A program made the translations under genes and the position numbers. From assembly GCA_965242865.1 (NCBI GenBank), contig CBDETK010000013.1, positions 4,256,001 through 4,320,000 of the forward strand: a stretch of 64,000 nucleotides of DNA, written 5' to 3'. Shown here in pieces: positions 47,972 to 58,096 of this stretch. The stretch is from Candidatus Latescibacterota bacterium. Its GTDB lineage: Bacteria; Latescibacterota; UBA2968; UBA8231. Below the pieces are notes generated by a model. It saw nothing but the letters and a program-made list of their open reading frames with translations, did no database searches and was not told where the DNA came from. Numbering within the stretch: the stretch's first letter is position 1; every line of letters begins with the position of its first letter.

Positions 47972-48502
47972 ATGTATCCCTCTCTAGCAGTTGCTAATTA
48001 TTTCATTGATCTTGCTGAAAGAGATAATGAGCAAATAACGCCCATGAAGATGCAAAAATTGGTGTTCTTTGCTCATGGATGGCATCTTGCTTTTTATAAT
48101 GAACCTCTTATAAGGGAATACGTAGAGGCATGGACGTGGGGACCCGTTATTAGAGAACTGTACTTTGAGTTTCGCTGTTTTGGAAAAAGCCCAATTACGA
48201 AGAAAGGGATCACTTTCCAAGTCTCTGATTTCCTAGTCTTGGATTTTGAAACTCCGGAAATCGAGGATAAAGATGAAAAAGCCAAAGATACGATTAATGC
48301 CGTTTGGGAAGCTTATGGAAAGTACGATGGTTTAACTCTTGCAAATATGACACATGTAGAAGGAACTCCTTGGAAAGAGGTATGGGATAGCTTAGAAGAG
48401 CATGAGAAAGAGGGGATAGGCCCTAAATCCGTTGTGATAGACAATAAGATCATTAGAGATTACTTCTGTTCTCTTTTACAGAAGAGTCAAGGTACGGAAT
48501 AA
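47972..48502 (+). CDS. Panacea-domain (SocA/GepA/DUF4065) antitoxin
   Basis: VANYFI, ITPMKMQKLVFFAHGW, EAWTWGPV, LANMTH..GTPW, IRDYF. Confidence 0.9.
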   Translation: MYPSLAVANYFIDLAERDNEQITPMKMQKLVFFAHGWHLAFYNEPLIREYVEAWTWGPVIRELYFEFRCFGKSPITKKGITFQVSDFLVLDFETPEIEDKDEKAKDTINAVWEAYGKYDGLTLANMTHVEGTPWKEVWDSLEEHEKEGIGPKSVVIDNKIIRDYFCSLLQKSQGTE

Positions 48503-48951
48503 TGTCCTCTTCTAATAAAGCTGATCTTATACAGCAGTCGGTAGCTACATCGTCTCAAGAATCACATCACGAGGTTGATTCGAGCCTATATAATCAAGAA
48601 TTAAGCTTCCTCGACTTTCCCATGCCAGATCGGGCTATTGAAAAAATCGCCCTCCTTCAATTCAAACAAGACCTTGACGAACGGAAAAATTATGCAAAAA
48701 AAACATATCGACTTATCACTTATTCTCTACTTTTTATTCTTTTTATAACTTGTATGCACGGTTTTTCTCATTGGACTACATTTAAGGCATCTGATAATAT
48801 TTTATTGGCTTTAATTGGAGGCGTAACTGTAAACATATTGGGAACTTACTTCATTATCTTGAAGAATTTGTTCCCTCAATATCAAATCAAGGACTCCCTA
48901 ACCAAAGACTCTCTAAAGAAAATAATTGACGCCGCCTCTAGCTTGAAATAG
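48502..48951 (+). CDS. 2-TM membrane protein, putative toxin partner
   Basis: TAATG overlap; QDLDERKNYAKKTY then two TM helices and LFP; very AT-rich. Confidence 0.7.
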   Translation: MSSSNKADLIQQSVATSSQESHHEVDSSLYNQELSFLDFPMPDRAIEKIALLQFKQDLDERKNYAKKTYRLITYSLLFILFITCMHGFSHWTTFKASDNILLALIGGVTVNILGTYFIILKNLFPQYQIKDSLTKDSLKKIIDAASSLK

Positions 48952-48979
48952 CGTCATTACCTCTATATAAATTTTACCT

Positions 48980-49333
48980 ATGAAAACCCTGCGTCCCGCA
49001 ACCACGTCTTTAGCCCTGCTGCTGGTCCTCGCCAGTAGCGGCGTACAGGTTTTCTGCGCTCCGGTCGCCGAGGCCGCGCCCATGGCCTGCCACGTCGCCA
49101 ATGCCTGCGGCGACGTGGGCCTGCAAGCAGGTTGTTGCTGTCTGCGCTCAGAAAATAGCGCGTCCCCTCAGTTCGTCCCCTTAGCCGAGCCGCCCTCGGT
49201 CCCCATGCCCTCGGGCGGCATGGCCGCGGCCGCTCCTGTGCTGCCTCGGTCGTCTGCGCTGGAGGTGCGGCCCAACCGCATTGCCCAGCCGCACCCCCCG
49301 CTCTTCCAGCTCTACTGTTCCTTCCTGATCTGA
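48980..49333 (+). CDS. Cys-rich small protein/candidate leader peptide upstream of the metal efflux operon
   Basis: Signal-like N-terminus; C, CH, C, CCC; Pro-rich linker; C-terminal HPPLFQLYCSFLI. Confidence 0.7.
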   Translation: MKTLRPATTSLALLLVLASSGVQVFCAPVAEAAPMACHVANACGDVGLQAGCCCLRSENSASPQFVPLAEPPSVPMPSGGMAAAAPVLPRSSALEVRPNRIAQPHPPLFQLYCSFLI

Positions 49334-49423
49334 TCCTCGCCGCCCCGATTTCAGTCTCACACTCCACTCAATTTGCCGGGGCCGGTGCGCCAAGCTCGGC
49401 CCCCGTGCGGCGAGGAGTATTGC

Positions 49424-50689
49424 ATGTCTAAAAATAGAACGGCCCTGCTGCTAGTCGGTCTGCTCGCAGGCCCGGTTTGGTCGCAGGAAGAAGCAGTGCT
49501 CGACCCCCGAGCCGAGCTCGCGGAGTACACGCGCTACGCCGAGCAGCACAACCCCCAGCTCAAGCAGGCTTTGGCGCGCTACAAAGCCGCCCTCGCAAAG
49601 GTGGCCCCGGCCAGTGCTTGGGCCGACCCGCGCCTGAGCTACGGCTATTTCGTGCGCCCGGTGGAGACGCGCACCGGCCCGCAAGAAATGCGCGTTAGCG
49701 CGGCGCAAACCTTCCCTTGGAAGGGCACGTTGGACCTCCAAGGGCAGATCGCCCAGCGAGAAGCCGAAGTTGAGGCCCACCGCTACGAGGCTGCGCGGCG
49801 GTCGCTGGTCTTTGAGGTCCAGGCCGCGTACTACGATTGCTACTTTTTGGCGCGCGCCATCGCCGTCACCGGGGGCAATGTGCGCCTGTTGTCTCACCTG
49901 GAAGAAGTGGGCCGCACCCGCTATCGCGGCGGCACCGGGGACCACGCGGCCGTGCTCAAGGCCCAGGTGGAATTGGGCCGCTTAGAAGATCAGCTCCGCA
50001 GCCTGCGTCAGCAGCAGCGTCCGACCTCGGCTCGGTTAAATGCGGCCCTCGGCCGCCGGGCGACCGCCCCAATAGCCGTGCCCGACTCGCTGCCCAAGGC
50101 CGCGTTGGAGCTAGACGAGGAGGTCCTAAAGGGCCGCTTGCGGTCCGCAAACCCAACGCTGCAAGTGCTGCAAGCACAAGCGCGGGCGCAGTCCCTCGGC
50201 GTCGAATTGGCCGGCAAGCGGTTCTACCCGGACCTAACGGTGAGTCTCGATTACATCCACATCGGAGCGGGCGGCGCGAACCCCCTGATGGCCATGGCGA
50301 CCGTCAACCTGCCCTTGTGGCGCTCGTCCTACAAAGCGAAAAAACGTGCGGCCAAGCTGAGCCATCAGGCCGCCTTGCAGGGCGTTGCAGACGCGGAAAA
50401 CAGGCTCATTGCCGAGCTGGAGTTGGCCCTGTATAAACAGCGCGACGCCCAAAGCCGCCGGGCACTCTACCGCGACAGCCTGCTGCCCAAGGCCGAACAG
50501 ATGCTCAACGTGACTCAACGCGCCTTTGCCGCGGACCGCAGCGATTTTTTAGCGGTCATCGACGCCCAACGCACCCTGCTAGCGTTCCAGCTAGCGTACG
50601 AACGCGCACACACCGACCAAGCCCTGCATTGGGCCGCGCTCGAAAAGCTGGTCGGCGCACTGGCAACCACAGAGGAAATCCACCCATGA
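49424..50689 (+). CDS. TolC-family outer-membrane factor (CusC-like)
   Basis: SD GAGGAG; NPQL...ADP, QTFPW.G, V..AYY, VLKAQVE, LNAALGR, NLPLW; first structural gene of the RND operon. Confidence 0.9.
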   Translation: MSKNRTALLLVGLLAGPVWSQEEAVLDPRAELAEYTRYAEQHNPQLKQALARYKAALAKVAPASAWADPRLSYGYFVRPVETRTGPQEMRVSAAQTFPWKGTLDLQGQIAQREAEVEAHRYEAARRSLVFEVQAAYYDCYFLARAIAVTGGNVRLLSHLEEVGRTRYRGGTGDHAAVLKAQVELGRLEDQLRSLRQQQRPTSARLNAALGRRATAPIAVPDSLPKAALELDEEVLKGRLRSANPTLQVLQAQARAQSLGVELAGKRFYPDLTVSLDYIHIGAGGANPLMAMATVNLPLWRSSYKAKKRAAKLSHQAALQGVADAENRLIAELELALYKQRDAQSRRALYRDSLLPKAEQMLNVTQRAFAADRSDFLAVIDAQRTLLAFQLAYERAHTDQALHWAALEKLVGALATTEEIHP

Positions 50690-52125
50690 AAGCGACAAAG
50701 CAAATAATGGCGACCGGCATCGCGGCCGGGATCGTCGGCTTGGCCGTGGGCTGGGAGTTGGGCGGCTCGGATGCCCCGCACGACCACGCCCCGGCGGCCG
50801 TTGCCGAGCAGGCCGAAACGTGGACCTGCTCAATGCACCCGCAGATCCGCCGGTCCGGGCCGGATCAGTGTCCAATCTGCGGGATGGACCTAATCCCAGT
50901 GACCGCGCCCGAGGAGGGCGACTCCTTGGCCCCGCGCCAGTTGCGCCTCTCGCTGGCCGCCCAGCAGTTGGCCAGCATCCAGACCGCGCCGGTCGAGCGT
51001 CGTGCCGCGCCGGTTGAGACGCGGATGGTTGGCAAGATCGCGGTCGACGAGACCCAAGTCCGCTCCATCACCGCGTGGGTCGCGGGCCGGATTGACCGGC
51101 TGTACGTGGACTACACGGGCGTGCGGGTCGAAGCGGGCGACCACATAGCCTATCTCTACAGTCCCGAGTTGTTGACCGCCCAAGAGGAGCTAATCCAAGC
51201 CCTGCGTGCCCGCGCCCGCGTCGCGTCGATTGGGCAGACCGCGCTGGTGGCGGCCGCGCGCGAAAAGCTGCGCTTGCTCGGACTGAAAGCGGAGCAAATC
51301 GAGCGCGTGGAGGACACCGGCCGCGCCTCCGACCAGCTAACGATCTACGCGCCCACCGGCGGCGTGGTCATAGAAAAGCATCTCAGCGAGGGCGCGTACG
51401 TGCAGACCGGGACGCCGATTTACACCATCGCAGACTTGTCGCGGCTGTGGCTAGATCTGCGCGCCTACGAGTCGGACCTGTCTTGGATCCACTACGGTCA
51501 AGCCGTCAAATTTTCGACCCAAGCCTATCCGGGTGAGGTGTTCACCGGCCAAATCTCTTTCATCGATCCCGTGCTGGACGAGCGCACGCGCACGGTGCGC
51601 GTGCGGGTCAACGTGGCGAATGAGCACGGTCGGCTGAAGCCGGGGATGCTGGTGTGGGCCGTGGCCCAAGCCGAGGTGGGGGCCAACGGACGCGCCCTGT
51701 CGCCCGCGCTCGTCGGCAAATGGATCAGCCCGATGCATCCTGAAATCGTCCGCGACCAGCCCGGCACCTGCGACATTTGCGGCATGGATCTAGTGCGCGC
51801 CGAAGAACTGGGCTATGGCACCGGCGACGAGGCGGGGCGCGAGCGACCGCTCGTGGTGCCGGCTTCGGCACCGCTGCTGACGGGCAAACGCGCCGTGGTG
51901 TACGTCGCGCTCGGCGAGGGCCTGTACGAGGGCCGCGAGGTCGTGCTCGGGCCGCGCGCCGGGGATTACTACTTGGTGCGCGAGGGCTTGCGCGAGGGCG
52001 AGCAAGTCGTAGTCAACGGCGCGTTCAAGATCGACAGTGCCCTCCAGATCCGCGCCCAGCCCAGTGCAATGTATCCAGCCGGCAGCGCGTCCTCCGCGCC
52101 CGAGCACCACCACGGAGGCCACTGA
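50686..52125 (+). CDS. cusB: RND periplasmic adaptor with heavy-metal-binding domains (CusB-like)
   Basis: WTCSMHPQI...CPICGMDL and SPMHP...CDICGMDL; YSPELLTAQEE; LKPGM; His-rich tail. Confidence 0.88.
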   Translation: MKATKQIMATGIAAGIVGLAVGWELGGSDAPHDHAPAAVAEQAETWTCSMHPQIRRSGPDQCPICGMDLIPVTAPEEGDSLAPRQLRLSLAAQQLASIQTAPVERRAAPVETRMVGKIAVDETQVRSITAWVAGRIDRLYVDYTGVRVEAGDHIAYLYSPELLTAQEELIQALRARARVASIGQTALVAAAREKLRLLGLKAEQIERVEDTGRASDQLTIYAPTGGVVIEKHLSEGAYVQTGTPIYTIADLSRLWLDLRAYESDLSWIHYGQAVKFSTQAYPGEVFTGQISFIDPVLDERTRTVRVRVNVANEHGRLKPGMLVWAVAQAEVGANGRALSPALVGKWISPMHPEIVRDQPGTCDICGMDLVRAEELGYGTGDEAGRERPLVVPASAPLLTGKRAVVYVALGEGLYEGREVVLGPRAGDYYLVREGLREGEQVVVNGAFKIDSALQIRAQPSAMYPAGSASSAPEHHHGGH

Positions 52126-55100
52126 TGGAAGGGCAAAGCTCGCTACTCGACCGCGTGGTGCGCTTCTTTCTCACGCGCAAGTTGGTCGCCGCGATCATGC
52201 TGGTCGGCCTCGTGGCTTGGGGCCTTGCGGTCGCCCCCTTTGCTTGGGAACTGGCATGGCTGCCGCGCGACCCCGTGCCCGTAGATGCGATTCCAGACAT
52301 CGGCGAGAACCAACAGATCGTCTTCAGCGAGTGGCCGGGTCGCTCGCCGCAAGACGTGGAAGATCAGGTGACCTACCCGCTGACCACGGCGCTTTTGGGC
52401 GTCCCGGGCGTCGAGACGATCCGCAGCTTCTCGATGTTTGGCTTTTCGAGCATCTATGTGATTTTTGCCGAAGAGGTCGATTTTTATTGGTCGCGTTCCC
52501 GCATCCTCGAAAAACTCAACAGCCTGTCGGCCGGCCTCCTGCCCGAGGGCGTCCAGCCGGCCTTGGGGCCGGACGCAACGGCCTTGGGGCAGGTATTCTG
52601 GTACACCCTAGAGGGCCGCGACGAACAGGGTGCGCCCACCGGCGGCTGGGATTTGCACGAGCTGCGCCGCATTCAGGACTGGCAGGTGCGCTACGCCCTG
52701 TTGGCGGCCGAGGGGGTCAGCGAGGTGGCGTCTGTGGGCGGCTTCGTGCAGGAATACCAAATCGACGTCAATCCAGACGCATTGCGCGCTTATGGGGTGC
52801 AGCTCGACGAGGTCTTTCACGCGGTGCGCATGTCCAACCGGGATGTGGGGGCGCGCACGGTGGAACTGAATCGAGCCGAGTACGTCATCCGCGGCATCGG
52901 CTTTGTCAAAGGATTAGCCGATCTCGAAAACGCCGTCATTAAAGCGCGGAACAACGTCCCGATTTACGTCAAAAACGTCGCGCAGGTCGCGCTGGGGCCG
53001 GCGCTGCGGCGCGGCGCGTTGGACAAGGAAGGCGCGGAGGTGGTCGGCGGCGTGGTGGTGGCGCGCTTCGGCGCCAATCCGCTCGCGGCCATTGAAAGCG
53101 TCAAAGCCAAGATCGCAGAAATCGCCCCGAGCCTGCCCGCGAAAACCCTGCCCGACGGGCGGGTCAGCCAAGTGCAGGTGATCCCCTTTTACGATCGCGC
53201 CGGCTTGATCGAGGAGACGCTGGGCACGCTGGAACGCGCCCTGACCGAGGAGGTGCTGGTCACGGTGATCGTGGTGCTGGCCTTGGTGATGAACCTGCGC
53301 GGGGCCGTGCTGGTCTCCGGCCTGTTGCCGCTGGCCGTGCTCGCCTGCTTCGCCGCCATGAAGGTCTTTGGCATAGAAGCCAATATCGTCGCCCTGTCCG
53401 GCATTGCCATTGCCATCGGCACCATGGTCGACATGGGTATCGTCATCAGCGAGAACATCCTCAAGCACTTAGAGGATGCCGACGCCGAGGACGACCGCTT
53501 GGAAGTAGTCTTTCGCGCCACGCGCGAGGTCGGCGGGGCCGTGCTGACGGCCGTGCTCACCACGGTCGTAGGCTTTTTGCCGGTCTTCGCGATGGAAGGG
53601 GCCGAGGGCAAGCTCTTCGCGCCGCTGGCCTTTACCAAGACCTTTGCGCTGTTGGCCGCGGTGTGGCTGTCGCTGACGGCGTTGCCGGCCTTGGCGCACT
53701 GCGCGTTTGCCGTGCGCTTGCGGCGTTGGGCCCCGGGTCTTTGGGCCATCTGTGGCCTCGGGGTGGTCGTAACCCTGTCGGCGTGGGTCGGCCTGCTGCT
53801 AATCGCGATTGGGACGTATCACCTACTCGCCGCCCGCGTACCAGAGCGGGTGCGCTGGTGGGTGGCGCGAGGTGCTATCGCGGCTGCGGCCGGCGGGGTC
53901 GTCGCGGTGTTGGCCGAACACTGGTTGCCCCTAGGCCCGGAAAAGGGCGGCTGGCGCAATGTGCTCTTCGCCGCTGGATTGATCGGCGGCCTGTTGGCGT
54001 TTTTTCGCGTCTTACAAGGCGCGTTCCCCCGCGTGCTGCGGTGGTGCTTGGACCACAAGGGCTTGGCCCTGCTGTTCCCCGCGTTGCTGTTGCTGGCCGG
54101 GGCGTCCGCGTGGCTGGGGTTTGCCCGCGTCTTTGGCTTTATGCCGCCCTCCCTGCACAATACGACGCCTTTTGCGGCCCTCGCCGAGGCCCTGCCCGGG
54201 CTGGGCAAAGAGTTTATGCCTCCTCTCGACGAAGGGTCTTTCCTGTGGATGCCGACGACCATGCCCCACGCCTCCATCGGCGAGGTGCTCGACGTCCTGC
54301 AAAAGCAAAACGCGGCCATTGCGCAGATTCCCGAAGTGGAGTCGGCCGTGGGCAAGCTCGGCCGGGCGGAGACCCCGCTGGACCCCGCGCCGATTTCCAT
54401 GATTGAGACCATCGTCAACTACCGCGCGGAATACCTCACCGACGAGGCCGGTCGCCGCGCACTATTCGCTTTTGACGAGCGCGTCCCGGACCTGTTTCGC
54501 GCCCCCGATGGCACGCCCGCGCCCGCCCCGGATGGTGCGCCCTACACGGTGCCGGGCCGCTTTCTGCGCGACGAGGCCGACCGCCTCGTGCCCAGCGCAG
54601 ATGGGCGGCCTTTCCGCTTGTGGCGTCCGCCCTTGGACCCCGCGCTCAATCCGGGCCGGGCGGCTTGGCCGGGGATCCAAAGCCCGGACGATATATGGGC
54701 GGCGATCGCCCGGGCCGGCCAGATTCCCGGCTCTACTTCGGCGCCGAAGTTGCAGCCGATTGCCGCGCGGCTCGTCATGTTGCAGAGCGGGATGCGTGCG
54801 CCCATGGGCCTTGAGATCAAAGGCCCTAGCTTGGCGGCCATTGAGCGCGCCGGCTTGGCGCTGGAGCGCTTGCTCAAGGAAGTGCCCGGGGTCGAGGCCG
54901 CGACCGTGAACGCCGACCGCATCATCGGCAAGCCCTACTTGGAGATTCACATCAACCGCGAGGCCATTGCTCGCCACGGCATCCCCCTGCAAAAGGTGCA
55001 GGACGTAATTGAGATCGCCATCGGGGGCAAGCTGGTCACCACCACGGTGGAAGGCCGCGAGCGCTATCCCGTGCGAGTGCGCTACCTGCGCGAATTGCGC

Positions 55101-55985
55101 GACAGCGTCGAGGAGCTGGTGCGGATTCTGGTGCCCGCGCCGGACGGGGCGCAGATTCCCTTGGGCGAGCTGGCCGAGATTCGCTATGTGCGCGGCCCCC
55201 AAGTCATCAAGAGCGAGGACACGTTTTTGCTAGGCTATGTGCTCTTCGACAAGAAGCCGGGGTACGCCGAAGTCGAGGTGGTGGAAGCGTGTCGAGCGCA
55301 TTTGGCCAGCAAACGGGCCAGCGGCGATCTCGTGCTGGAGACCGGCGTCAGCTATACCTTCGCCGGTAGCTACGAAAACCAGTTGCGGGCGCAGAAGAAG
55401 CTCAACGTGCTGCTGCCGCTCGCGCTGGCGACGATCTTCCTCATCCTCTATTTCCAGTTTGGCAACGCGGCCACGGCGCTGATGGTCTTTTCCGGGGTTG
55501 CGGTGGCTTGGGCTGGCGGCTTTGCCATGTTGTGGCTCTACGGGCAGGAATGGTTTTTGGATTGCTCGGTCTTTGGCACGGAGCTGCGCGCCCTCTTCCA
55601 CGTCCGTCCCTTGAACTTGAGCGTGGCCGTGTGGGTGGGTTTTCTCGCGTTGTTTGGCATTGCCTCGGACAACGGCGTGATCGCGGCGACCTATCTGGGC
55701 CAAGTCTTCCGTACGCAAAAGCCAGCGACTGTCGAGGCGATTCGCCGCGCCGCGCTCGCCGCTGGGGTGCGGCGAATCCGCCCCTGTCTGATGACGGCAG
55801 CCACCACGATCTTGGCGCTGATCCCCGTGCTGACGGCGAGTGGACGCGGCGCAGACCTCATGCTGCCGATGGCCATTCCCACCTTCGGCGGCATGATTGC
55901 GGTGGTGCTGACCGCGCCGATTGTGCCGGTGCTCTACTGCGCGGTCGAGGAGTGGAAGCTGCGTTTTAGGCGAGCTCGCGGGTGA
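52125..55985 (+). CDS. cusA: Heavy-metal RND permease, CusA/SilA-like
   Basis: DAIPDIGENQ, GRSPQDVEDQVTYPL, LGPDATALG, AIAIGTMVD, EGKLFAPLAFTKT, EFMPPLDEG...WMP, RIRPCLMT. Confidence 0.9.
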   Translation: MEGQSSLLDRVVRFFLTRKLVAAIMLVGLVAWGLAVAPFAWELAWLPRDPVPVDAIPDIGENQQIVFSEWPGRSPQDVEDQVTYPLTTALLGVPGVETIRSFSMFGFSSIYVIFAEEVDFYWSRSRILEKLNSLSAGLLPEGVQPALGPDATALGQVFWYTLEGRDEQGAPTGGWDLHELRRIQDWQVRYALLAAEGVSEVASVGGFVQEYQIDVNPDALRAYGVQLDEVFHAVRMSNRDVGARTVELNRAEYVIRGIGFVKGLADLENAVIKARNNVPIYVKNVAQVALGPALRRGALDKEGAEVVGGVVVARFGANPLAAIESVKAKIAEIAPSLPAKTLPDGRVSQVQVIPFYDRAGLIEETLGTLERALTEEVLVTVIVVLALVMNLRGAVLVSGLLPLAVLACFAAMKVFGIEANIVALSGIAIAIGTMVDMGIVISENILKHLEDADAEDDRLEVVFRATREVGGAVLTAVLTTVVGFLPVFAMEGAEGKLFAPLAFTKTFALLAAVWLSLTALPALAHCAFAVRLRRWAPGLWAICGLGVVVTLSAWVGLLLIAIGTYHLLAARVPERVRWWVARGAIAAAAGGVVAVLAEHWLPLGPEKGGWRNVLFAAGLIGGLLAFFRVLQGAFPRVLRWCLDHKGLALLFPALLLLAGASAWLGFARVFGFMPPSLHNTTPFAALAEALPGLGKEFMPPLDEGSFLWMPTTMPHASIGEVLDVLQKQNAAIAQIPEVESAVGKLGRAETPLDPAPISMIETIVNYRAEYLTDEAGRRALFAFDERVPDLFRAPDGTPAPAPDGAPYTVPGRFLRDEADRLVPSADGRPFRLWRPPLDPALNPGRAAWPGIQSPDDIWAAIARAGQIPGSTSAPKLQPIAARLVMLQSGMRAPMGLEIKGPSLAAIERAGLALERLLKEVPGVEAATVNADRIIGKPYLEIHINREAIARHGIPLQKVQDVIEIAIGGKLVTTTVEGRERYPVRVRYLRELRDSVEELVRILVPAPDGAQIPLGELAEIRYVRGPQVIKSEDTFLLGYVLFDKKPGYAEVEVVEACRAHLASKRASGDLVLETGVSYTFAGSYENQLRAQKKLNVLLPLALATIFLILYFQFGNAATALMVFSGVAVAWAGGFAMLWLYGQEWFLDCSVFGTELRALFHVRPLNLSVAVWVGFLALFGIASDNGVIAATYLGQVFRTQKPATVEAIRRAALAAGVRRIRPCLMTAATTILALIPVLTASGRGADLMLPMAIPTFGGMIAVVLTAPIVPVLYCAVEEWKLRFRRARG

Positions 55986-56289
55986 GAGGGACAGTTTTCG
56001 TTGGTAAGGGTGTTAGATATGTAGTAGCGGCACGAAGGCAGAGCCGCAGGAGAACGGAGGAAGGCCAGTGTCCGGCGCGATCCTGATTTATGAGACTGCC
56101 TTGGCTAAAAAAATCGTTAGGGGTTGACAGGGATCACAGGGTAGAGGAGGTTTTAATCAGATGAGAACCTCGTTGCTTTGATGCCTTTTGCATCTCTTCC
56201 GTTCTTGACAGTCCTTCGGTCGGGAATCCGACGGGTTCGCAATTTGGGTTTTACCCAGATTGTCCACAGGATATAGCTTGGAGTGTAGC

Positions 56290-58050
56290 ATGGGCAAAGC
56301 TGAAAATGGCCGGAACGGTCTCGTATTTCCTTCAAAAGACGACTCTTACTCAGAAGAACTGAAACAGCACCTTCAAGATGCTGGTTTCTGCGAGGCGGAT
56401 CAGAGGTGGCTAGTACAAGTCTTTGAACGTCCCGACTGTTTTGGCGACTCTGATTCTAATAGTGCCTCTATCTTCAAAGATGGTTTTGAGGACAGTTTTG
56501 AATATGTCCTGCCCAACATCTTGAAAGGCTTAAAAGGAGAAGGACAAGTTCAGATTGAGAAAGAGAAAGATCGTCAAACCCGCTTGGCATTTCTTTTTAG
56601 TGCTATGCTTGGCTTTGGACCTGGGTATTTAGGTGAGACGATTCAGCCCAATGCTAAGCCTGTGGGATCGGACGGCGTCTGGGATGTTCCGCAATGGGCT
56701 GACGAGTTTCAAAGGCAGGCAAAATTTTGCGCTGAGCGTTTGGATTGGAACAGACTAAAGTCGTCTATTCATAAACTTGATAATTTGCTTCGATTTCTTT
56801 TTCCAAATGGTATGCCTTTAGTAAAGGTCGTTGATCTCAGCCCCTTGGATCCGATTCAACGACGAAGCTGGTCCAGCGATGATTTTGAAGATCCCAAACA
56901 GCTCGAATTCTGGTTGATCCAGCGATTTCGTTCAGGCACAGACCATAGCAGCACAATCCGCTTAGATACGTTACTGGAACATTTTTCCGATGTGCCAGAA
57001 GATGTTTTAGGCGGTAAGATTCTCGGACTCTTGAATGCTATTGGTTATGCCTTGAATATGGCCGGTTTAGATTACCTGAGTGACGGATGGCGGGTTGTTG
57101 CACGCGAGTTAATTCCATTCTTGGAACTTTTGGACGAGAAAGAACCAGAGTCGAAACAGGAACGCTCCCCATTGACTAAAGCTTGGTGGCGATTAGCCAA
57201 GATAATTTACAGCGGGAGTATCGGCGGCTTGGAATCTGAACTCTCTCCAGAACTGAGAAATCGGCTCGTCGAAAGTGCCGCTAGGCATATCGGAATGTTG
57301 CGGGCGGTGTTGCGGGATAGCCCAAAAGTATTTGAGGAGGAAAATTCGACCGGAGAAGTGTGCGATTTTTACAGAAAGGCATTTGATGTTTTGCTGAATT
57401 TTGCCGACCCGTGGAAACGCCTGAAGCCTTTATTGCTAGCGTTTACGGAGATGAATGTGCCGGCCGTTACATCCGATCTTCGCCCTTGGGGCGAACTTGG
57501 AAGAGAGGCCCCTCCTCATCCGTATAGTAAAATACCTCTGTGGATCGAAATCGCCATGTATCCTCAGAACCTGCGGGCAGAACTGGACCGAGATCCGCAC
57601 TTGCAGGATTTGCGTGAAGAGCTCGCCAAGTTTTGCCTTGGATGGCTCAAAACCCAAAAAAACGACACAAATGCCAATCGTGAAGAGCTTGTAGAACCTC
57701 GGCCTATATGGCGGCAGTGCTACGTACAGGCATTGACGGTTCTGCGCGTTAATCCCGGCGGGAGGGCTCATAGAACGTTGTTTTGGCTCTCTAAAAATGA
57801 TCCCGATGAAGAGTGCCGAAAATTGGCTAAAAGGGCACATAGACAGATTCGGCATATAGACCGGAGAAAACCGAATTTAGAGCGTGGTGCATCGCCTCGT
57901 CGTCCCCTATTTGAGGCGTTTTGGTGGCTTCGCCAAGCTCACCTTTTGACTCTTGGAAAAGAAATTGATGAGGCTGGTGCTATGCGAACACGTCGAAAAG
58001 AACTGCATCGAACAAGAGAGAAAGAGGATCGTCTCAATTGGAAAGTATAG
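56290..58050 (+). CDS. Hypothetical protein (AT-richer, helical)
   Basis: Long ORF in AT-richer DNA, ATG at 56290; no family recognised; conserved-looking C-terminus RVNPGGRAH...DPDEECR...SPRRPLFEAFWWLRQAH. Confidence 0.8.
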   Translation: MGKAENGRNGLVFPSKDDSYSEELKQHLQDAGFCEADQRWLVQVFERPDCFGDSDSNSASIFKDGFEDSFEYVLPNILKGLKGEGQVQIEKEKDRQTRLAFLFSAMLGFGPGYLGETIQPNAKPVGSDGVWDVPQWADEFQRQAKFCAERLDWNRLKSSIHKLDNLLRFLFPNGMPLVKVVDLSPLDPIQRRSWSSDDFEDPKQLEFWLIQRFRSGTDHSSTIRLDTLLEHFSDVPEDVLGGKILGLLNAIGYALNMAGLDYLSDGWRVVARELIPFLELLDEKEPESKQERSPLTKAWWRLAKIIYSGSIGGLESELSPELRNRLVESAARHIGMLRAVLRDSPKVFEEENSTGEVCDFYRKAFDVLLNFADPWKRLKPLLLAFTEMNVPAVTSDLRPWGELGREAPPHPYSKIPLWIEIAMYPQNLRAELDRDPHLQDLREELAKFCLGWLKTQKNDTNANREELVEPRPIWRQCYVQALTVLRVNPGGRAHRTLFWLSKNDPDEECRKLAKRAHRQIRHIDRRKPNLERGASPRRPLFEAFWWLRQAHLLTLGKEIDEAGAMRTRRKELHRTREKEDRLNWKV

Positions 58051-58096
58051 TGTTCCCGTGAGACGATGAATTCCCACGAGAAAGGAGGTGATCGAG

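Noticed and set aside
51777-52124. Upstream extensions in the ORF track (cusA; also 32006, 16782, 23819, 25094, 47082)
   Set aside because: They overlap neighbouring genes or RNAs; downstream starts fit family N-termini
56020-56105. Cobalamin riboswitch suggested by GAGACTGCC
   Set aside because: Core GGGAA...GCCCCCGC and B12-box elements are not present in order
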